DNA of 62,277 bases, the filler included, from Bipalium vagum (taxonomy: Eukaryota), in the NCBI GenBank assembly GCA_037834085.1. It is 3 parts of 3 records of this genome, joined end to end, with 100 filler letters (N's around TTAATTAATTAA, not from the genome) between each part and the next. Parts side by side here need not be neighbours in the genome. Positions count along the whole stretch, not along the records: positions 40,169 to 62,277 come from JBBMKC010226880.1; 2 more parts are not named here. One strand, given 5' to 3'. The position numbers and the translations under genes are program-made. The notes below the pieces were generated by a model. That model did no database searches and was not told the origin of the DNA. It saw only the letters and a program-made list of their open reading frames with translations. This document shows, piece by piece, positions 54,031 through 62,277 of this stretch; the first letter of the stretch is position 1; each line of letters opens with the position of its first letter.

Positions 54031-54646
54031 TGAAACGCAAAAGTTAAATAGCTTTAAAAATAAAAGGACAATCCCCAATAAATAATTTTAATAAGGTTTT
54101 TGTCAGCCTGTTTTTGATAAATAAGGTAAAATGGAAAATAATAATTTAAATGTTTTTTTGACATTTTCAAAAAATTAATTTCATAAAGAACTTTGTTAAT
54201 GGCGAAATAATTGGAATATTTCCCACACTGTTTCCAAAAGTCATTAAAATTTTGGGAAAAAATTTCAAATCTATTTTTTTAAAATAATTATTAGTTAAAT
54301 AATAAATCAATATTTTTAGATTCCAATTTTCTATTAATGATTTATATCAGAAATGTAACAATTAATGAAAAAAATTAAGTTGATTAATTAATCAATGAAA
54401 AATTGTTTTCCTAATAAAATATCAATCTTGACTTAATTTACGTCTAACAATTTCTTTTTACGATAAACAAGCAAAAACTAAAAATATTTTATTGTACTTA
54501 AATAATTGATGAAAGTGGTTAAATCAATATTAATTAATGTGTAATTATATACAAGAAAAAAATTGAAATTTTATTAAAATTAAATTGTACCTTCAATTAA
54601 TTATGTTAATTTAAAAATTTTGCTGATGATTCTTAGTGAAATCATA

Positions 54647-55110
54647 TAGGGTGTACAAATTAGTTCATCCCGTTTTTTACAAGTTAAAAATGTATATTTA
54701 ATTTATAACATGAAAAAAAAACTTAATCAAAGTAATGTTCACTACTAGCAATTATTTTTCCTACATTTCAGATAATTTTCGAATTAAATTTTGAAAAATG
54801 TTCTTGTCTTTTTATCGTTTTAGGTTACTAGCTATTGATCAAATTCTGTGAAAGATGTAAACCGGTGACCTTTCAAATCGTGCTGCATTTGTGGGAATGA
54901 CTAATAATCGAAAGGAGCAATGTCCGGTGAATACGGCGGGTGCGCAAAAACATACCACCTCACTGCCTCCAAATAATTTTTACGACATTGGGGCCTGGAG
55001 TTATCCTGCAGAAGAATAATTTTGTCATGTCTTTGGTAGTATATCGGCCCTTTTTCTTGCAATATACGGCTAAAACGTATCAATTGTAGCATATACAGAT
55101 CGCCAAAAAT
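54647..55110 (-). mobile_element. Mariner 3' half (Mos1-like)
   Basis: RHDKIILLQDNSRP; HPPYSPDIAPFDY; TIR-like agggtgtacaaattag. Confidence 0.85.
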
Positions 55111-55331
55111 CAGATCAATAATAAAGATTTTTTATTTCTTGACGTAGCTAGCTGATCGAGAAAATCTCGATTCACATCAATTTAAATTTTATGAATTAAT
55201 TAACTGGTAAAAATTATATCAATTAAATCTGACGCTATACAGTATCGTCACATATTCATTAATTTTTGAATTTTAATAATTTTTTTTAAAATTATTATTT
55301 TTCTAATTCTAAAATACATAACTCAACATAC

Positions 55332-55584
55332 TTGGGAACGTTTTTAAAATAATTATAACATTTAGGAGAGGACAAATTTGGACAGTCAATAATCATATTG
55401 AATCCTCCAACACTCAATAGGCTGCTATTTCCAAAGAAGTCTTTGGAAAGGAAAATGCTAATTTGGCTTGGATTTGATTTCATATTATTTTCAAATGCCG
55501 GATTTTCTAATGGAAGTTGAGAATAGCGTTCATTCATATCATTCGCAATTAAATCTTCAACCTCCGAAATGAATTCCTGATTTT
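55332..55584 (-). CDS. MAP1: MAP1/Futsch-family protein, most upstream identified exon
   Basis: caatttag acceptor, aa|gtatgt donor. ISIF..GNSSLLSVGGFNMIIDC..KCYNYFKNVPK vs MAP1B CYIF..GDSALFAVNGFNMLING..CFWKLIRHLDR. Splices in frame to 53398. Confidence 0.85.
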
Positions 55585-55737
55585 CTAAATTGTTTCAAAA
55601 GTGAAATAAAGGCCTTATTGATAAAGGTTGTACTAAGTTTTATGTCGAATTATTTTTATAAAATATTTGGTAAAATTTAAATATTAAAAGTAAAATACGA
55701 AAAGGACAGTTTTCAAGTTAATAACTGTATTAAAAAG

Positions 55738-56370
55738 TATTGCGTTGGCAAATGAACCCGCTTTTAAATAATAAAAATAAAACAAAAACAACTTAATAAA
55801 TTTTATACTTACTATCATTAGTAATGACTCTGCAATCTTTCGAATAATGTCATTATTCCACAGTTGTAAAACTCAGAAGATTTATTATTAAAAAATGAAT
55901 CAATATGTCGGGGTTTTCGTCAATCACACTTTAGTCTCTCAAAGAATTCACTGCAGCAACAAGAACAAATGATATGACCCAAGCTTGGTGAAGCAATACA
56001 TTCCACTTAAAGGCCAAAAAATTATTTTTCAGTAACCAATGATATATTAATATATTGCTGTAGACAATGTCTTGTATTTTGCATGTTTTAGACTTTTCTC
56101 GTGGATTTCATTACAAGAAGTAAATATCCGTATAATTAGTATGAACAGATAATAAATGATCCCTCAAAATCCCACTAAGTTTAAAAACTTATGTTCATAG
56201 AGCCAAGTTTGTTTTTACAGAGTTATTGAAGAATTGAGTCAGAAACATATAAAACATTCTTTAGGTGAACGATGAAAAGCTTTTATATAATGAATGTACA
56301 CTACTAGTAAAAAGAGAAGCAAATTATGCTTTTGTGGAGTATCCCAAAATGATGATATTTTTTAGACAAT
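55738..56370 (-). mobile_element. Heavily decayed mariner
   Basis: TIR-like tattgcgttggcaaatgaacccg followed by the reverse complement of a mariner-type C-terminus. Confidence 0.5.
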
Positions 56371-59069
56371 TCTTTTTGTGATTTTTTATTTTTAAAAGAT
56401 TTTTTGTAATATGGAATCTTTAAGTTAAAGACTAATACAATTATTATTATTTTATTATTTATTATAAATTATTAAATTATCAATACAAAATTAGCAAAAA
56501 ACAAATAACTAATTTTTATATAAAAAAGAAGTTCCTATAAATTGAAATTAATTTAAATAAAATATTATGTTTCTAAAAATAGAATTCAAGTAAAAAAACA
56601 ATATGAACTTCTAAAAATAGAAATTACATGTAGATAAAATAGAAATAGAAATAAAATGTATGTAAACCAACAAAAAATAGTTAAAAACACACAATAGAAT
56701 TGCACAAAGAACACAAGTAAAGTGAAAGAGACATTCAAGGAAAACTACGAGTGACGCAAGATTCTCAAACCTAACAAGTTCTATTTTCACATCTAGTAAG
56801 CAATTTAATGTTTAAGCTTTCTAAACTCTTATCGTCACATCAGTTTAATTTATTTTGAAATTATATTATCAACTATCAGGCAGTCTTTACCGATTGACTT
56901 GGTAATATTATTAACAAACTCTTATAAATAAGTACTCGAAGCTTTTTCAAGAATCAAATAAAGTTTTATTTTTCTCCCATTTCTTTTTAATTTTAAAAAT
57001 TTACACAGCCGCTAGCTGGTAAATTGCTGAGGACTTTTGCGCATAAAAAAAGTTTGTGCCAAAAGATTTTTTTACTTGATCATCCCATAAAACAGTTCAA
57101 TTGCAAAACTCAGAATTTCAAATAAATATTTTAAAACCATTTGCGTTATCTCAGTTAATTTGAATTTTTATTTGATCGATTACATTTTATATTTTGATTT
57201 TGAAATTTCTGCTTTGAACGTTCATCCATAAATCCTTCTGATTACAAAAATATTGTTGAGTTACCTAAAAACCCCTCATTCGATTTTCTTAACCCTATTA
57301 AATTCATATTTTTAGGAACTTAACACTTTCCATCATTTAAATATGCCGAAAACATCATTTCTTGAAAAGGTCTTTCAGTGAATAACTTGTACTATAAGAG
57401 TCTATTTTAATCATTGTTATTATTGTTACGCTATTACATTACTTTGAAAACTCTTTCGTAACACTTAGCTCATAAACTAAACTGGCCCTTTCACTTTTGT
57501 CAATACGTGTTCGCAAATAAATGAATCAAAATAACTACGAATAAAACTTTATTTCAACTATCGCAAATATAGTAGTGATCACTCAGTCCTAATGTAAAAT
57601 ATCTTAATGTTCACGCTAAAACAATACTATAAAATCAAAAATATAATCAACCAATTAAATCAGTTAAATTAAAGATGCTCGATAAAACTTTTAATTAATA
57701 AAATAAATGTTAAATTTTAAAAGAAAAAGAACAATAACACACAAGTCTCACTAAGCTAGTAGACGATATGTCCAAAAGATCGTTGTCAGGATTAGATATT
57801 TTTTTGAGAATGAAAAATTATAATTTTATTATTAATATCATGATAATTGATGACTGTAATTTTAAATTAATTATAATTATTATTTTTAATATTATTATTT
57901 CATTTCTGGCCCTTTTGATGTCTTAATAATTAGTTTATAATTATTATAAATATTCTAGACCATTTAGCGGTCTTCAAAAGATAATTTTACGAGGGTTAAA
58001 GTGAATGTTCCCTTGGCTAACCCAACATTATTAAAGTATGTATTTTTATTACTTTTCATGAATAAGGGAAGATTTTACTAAATAATTTTCACTAGAAAAC
58101 GAATTATTAGAAAAAATTCCAATTCTGCATATTTTGTAATTTTGAATATGTAAATATCCATGTAATAACTGAATTTTTTGGTAATTTAATTTGTCCCTTT
58201 TAAGGAAAATCAAGCAAAATCATTTCAAATTATTCGGGATAATTACTGATAATTCTCAATGAATTAGATTTTCTATCTTCTTATCATTATGGATGAGTAT
58301 ATATATTTCTGAGGATTATTATTACCCTTAGCATTTACCTTCCAATTAAATACGGTAATTACCAAACCACTACCAATAAAACTTTAATGCAATTAGATTT
58401 TCAGATAAATTTCTCAGACAGTTGATTTCCAAAAGAAGTCTGTATAATTTGATGAGCCAAAATTTCAAAGGTCTGCAAATAATAAATCAATCTCCTAATT
58501 TCTAGGAATTGTGGAATCTGTGTGTCATTCGCAGTAGAATCTGCGAATAATCCAGCTCTGTCACAGAGAGGGTACAGAAATTTGTCTTTTCTCTTATTAT
58601 TATTATTATTATTTGTTATCGCTAAACTCAGAAAAATGGAAAAGTTTTTGTCTGTTGATTGAGAAAATGTAGACTGATAAGGTAATTTGTCTTATAAGTA
58701 TCTGGAAAATTGTCAGATTTAATAAGTGCTAAATTCATTAATGGGTGATCGATGTTAGATTTAATGAGACTCTTGAGATCATACTATGTCGTTAAATAAA
58801 AATAATAGGATTAATTAAACCAATTAATTTTTTTAAAATCATTTATTCCCATTATATATAATTATTTACAGATTTTTTTTCTAAAATTTTCCTGTTAATT
58901 TATTTAAAAATATTTTTCCTTTTTTTTGTTTAATTATTGTTTTTTCCATAGCAAATGTAATATTTTTTAACAATTAAATAAAAATCTTTTAACCCGAAGT
59001 TTTTAAGAAATAATAATTTTTATTTTCTTGAAAAAAGATTTAAATAGACATGATAAAAATCAATAAATA

Positions 59070-59280
59070 TTAGGTTGACACACATATTATTCCGTTTTTC
59101 AAGTAAGCTTTAAAACAATAAAAGATGACACAGAACAAGTTATATTAATTAAATACATATGCACAATTATTTTCTAAAATGTCACTCCACTTACAAAGTA
59201 CATTTTCCTATTGCCATCTTTATAAGAATTTACTGTCTTGGAATCTTGGATTTTGAGAATTAAAACGCTTACAAAATTTT
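59070..59280 (-). mobile_element. Mariner 3' end fragment
   Basis: TA|TTAGGTTGACAC... TIR-like end plus a degraded C-terminal coding remnant. Confidence 0.5.
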
Positions 59281-60889
59281 TACAAATTTTAAATCACGAT
59301 ATTTATTAAAAAATTACTATTATTATGTGCGATAAGTAGAATATTGGGTTATTAGAAACAGTTTTATAAATCAAATTTAAAACTTCCCAATACTTTGACA
59401 CTTAATTTACATTTTGATTGCCGAAAAATTGTTTTTATTAAACTAAATTGTTTTTTTTTCAATTCTAAAATTTGATATTATTTTATTGCTCGTCCTCATT
59501 TTAATATTTGATGATATTTTTGTCATTTTAATTTAATGATAATTACTCTGATAAATTAAAAATGATTTAAATATTTATTATTTTTGTTTTAATAGCGAGA
59601 AAATTAACGTTATTGAAACGGAAAATAATAGAATGTGAGAAAATAATTGATATTATCGGAAATAATCTGACAGAAATTAAAATCAACAAAAGAAATCACT
59701 GAACACTTCGGTTGCGATTCTCAGCCTTCTCATATTCAAAAAACTAAATGGTGGAACTAAACACCCTTTCCATATAATTCTAAAATTCTAATAATTATTA
59801 AATATAAAAAAATTCTAAAAATCAGAAATATTAATTAAATAATTGTCATGCACTCTGTTTAATACTTGCTAATAACGTAAGTGATAATCTTAAAATCCAA
59901 CTATTTATTAGCATAAAATTCTAAAGGGTGTCATCATTGTCTACGAAATTAAATTTCTTTTCTTTTCCTTTCACATAGGTATCATTATGAATATAATTAT
60001 TGTACGGCTAATCCCAGATCAAATTGTGTTCCAAGACTTAAATATCCACCATTCTTATATTCATAGAAGTAAATTTAGAATCTAATTCCAGATTATTATT
60101 TATTTAAGAGGGTAACTTTAAATATAATTTCGGAAATTTATACAAAATGTCAATCGAACTTTTAAAATATTGTCCACATGGACAAGATAAAATTATAACA
60201 TATGGATCTTTTATTATATTAGTGTTCATGTGAAATATTCGTCCACAAGATGTAAAACAGAACTTTCTTATAGGCAAGCAAACATTTATTCAATGAAATA
60301 GTCACCATCTAAATGAATTTTTAACGGTTATGTAAACTAAATTCACGTTATATTTGAAAAATATATAATTTTTGCTCATTATAAAGCTTAAACCTGTTGT
60401 CACTTGGATCTTTCAAAAGATCTCTAGTTGATGTGCAAAATTTTAATTAACTCAAAATATTGTAATTAATCAATTCAACATTTCTTGGCTCTCGTGAGTA
60501 TGTTAGATTAAATGAATTTGTTTTCTGAACCCTTGCCGAAAGAGTTTTATTTTTCCAGAAACCTCCTGTCCACTAATTCCTGTTTTCAATTCGAAAAAAT
60601 AATGTGAAGATGAAATTTTACATTTTATGATAAATGTGTACAGGATGTTAAATAAGTCCTTTCGGATTTTATATATACTTATGGACAAATTTTTTCGCAC
60701 AGTTACTATTGTTTGTAAAATTGGTAACTGTGTGGAATGAAATCTATCCATAATCGACATATAGTAATATACATTAGTTAAATAAATTTTAAGTATCTAA
60801 TCTTTAAATAATGTTTCTAAGATACATGAACTTAAGATATGCAAATATTGAAAATTAAGAAAGGACAATTTTTTTCACAGACCTTTGAG

Positions 60890-61280
60890 TTATCAACAAT
60901 TTATTGCTCATTATACAAATTCCCTTTGGATATTAAAACTTTACAAAACCTAGATCTTAGTGATTCATATAAATCAATGATATTTTGTCTTCTCATTGTT
61001 TATTATATGGATACTGTCTTTTAAGCATAATTGTAACTCAAGCATATTGGTAAATTGCGGTCCATCATATGCCATATCTGATATCATTTCCCAGACATCT
61101 TCCAGTATAATATGTAATATCAACAGAAACTTATTTTATTGAGTTTATCTTGTTTAAATCTGATTCAATAAGTGACATTTTTGAATAAATGGAACTGCCA
61201 TTTGTATGTACCTGTGTAATATTTGTAATAAATAACATTATATTTTTCATTGGAAATTGGAAAAGACTTTTTTAACACCC
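60890..61280 (-). mobile_element. Tc1/IS630-like transposase C-terminal remnant
   Basis: ILEDVWEMISDMAYDGPQFTN..DLYESLRSRFCKVLISKGNLY (cf. IENVW...RL..V...G). Confidence 0.6.
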
Positions 61281-61875
61281 CGTATTTTTACTTTTATTAA
61301 TTTCTATTATTTTATTCTTTATTTAGAAATGGGAATTGATTTTATATGAACTTAGATTTAATAAAAATAAAAAATAATTTTAAAATTTAATTAAAAATAA
61401 AATACTGTTGGGGCTGAACACTAACAGAATTAATTTATAGCTTTTTATAAAAGTTTTTTAAGGGCTCACCAACTCCCTTTTTGAATGAAATGTCTATAAT
61501 CAGAAAAAATGAAAATAACAATTGATTTTTAAAATGTATTTTTATACACAAGTCTTAAAACCTAATTTTTTAACAAAAATATTTATTGTTATTATTAATT
61601 ATATATTGATAATTATAGTTCATTATATATCATCTTGATTAGGAAAAATCGAAAAGGTCCTGTGTTATGAAAAATCGTATTCTAAAACCTAGAGTAGAAA
61701 TAGAGTAGAGTAGTAATGCGGAAAAACAATAAAAAAAGAAAAAGATATTAAAAAGAGTCGATAAGGACATAAAAAACAACACAACATTATTAAAATCTTT
61801 TTTTTCCAGAATCAATGAATAAAATAACAAAATTGTTTTTCAAAATCAAATAACAAATGTTTTTCAATGATAAAT

Positions 61876-61992
61876 TTATGGATTTGAACTAGTTGATTGA
61901 TTGAAGATGCCCAGTTGACTGAAGCTGCTTGACTGATTCCTTTTTGGGTGCTGGTTATCTTTCATTTGGTTCTGATATATTGATGATGAGAA
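61876..61992 (-). CDS. Possible terminal exon of an upstream gene
   Basis: ctacag acceptor, then FSSSIYQNQMKDNQHPKRNQSSSFSQLGIFNQSTSSNP*. GC-richer island; no homology recognised. Confidence 0.25.
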   Translation of the reverse strand, partial: FSSSIYQNQMKDNQHPKRNQSSSFSQLGIFNQSTSSNP

Positions 61993-62277
61993 CTGTAGAT
62001 CCCATCAACACGATGAATTAGGTAGATTTTAAAAAATATGTGATACAAGATAAATATTAACAACTTAATATAAACTGTATGTATCAGAAAGAATTATTTG
62101 CAAACATAAGGAGCAAACTTCAAATTTATTTCAATATTTTAAAGTGACAATTTTAACATTTTAATTGATCACTTAATCGATTATTACACAAGAAACCAAT
62201 TAAATTACAAAAAGAAAAAAATCAAGTTATAAACACTGAATAGAATGACTGAGATAAGGATTGCTTTTTATAATATA

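Noticed and set aside
57732-57855. Candidate MAP1 upstream exon ILKKISNPDNDLLDISSTSL|gtgaga (in frame with an alternative acceptor at 55576)
   Set aside because: There is an in-frame TAA between it and the nearest acceptor, and the homology is too weak.
57180-58473. Stop-codon reassignment suggested by in-frame stops in exon-like segments
   Set aside because: The long confident exons contain no internal stops and the genes end in TAA or TAG, so the standard code fits.
1-62277. CRISPR arrays, rRNA/tRNA genes, prokaryotic operons
   Set aside because: No repeat-spacer periodicity or recognisable structural RNA; the sequence is intron-containing eukaryotic DNA.

Overview
Very AT-rich eukaryotic DNA, probably from an invertebrate animal, with spliceosomal GT-AG introns. 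It consists of three ~20-22 kb contigs joined by artificial 100-nt spacers (44 N + TTAATTAATTAA + 44 N). I reconstructed three spliced genes by hand. (1) A 5'-truncated + strand gene (1396-16220) encodes a type I membrane protein of at least ~880 aa with about 8 divergent Ig-like domains, mostly one per phase-1 exon, then a TM helix and a short tail. (2) A - strand gene (~35330 to 23556 or beyond) encodes an unidentified Asn/Gln/Met-rich low-complexity protein. Its putative leader exon carries a uORF whose stop would abut the main ATG after splicing. (3) A - strand, compact, highly diverged MAP1/Futsch-family gene (55584 or beyond to 41458, ~900 aa visible) has the conserved N-terminal domain and light-chain domain. 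Introns and intergenic DNA hold many dead IS630-Tc1-mariner elements: DD34D mariners, maT/DD37D, rosa/DD41D, a DD39D-like element, Tc1/IS630-like and pogo-like remnants, one nested pair and one MITE-sized derivative. No RNA genes, CRISPR arrays or prokaryotic systems were seen. Family assignments rest on remembered motifs, not database searches.
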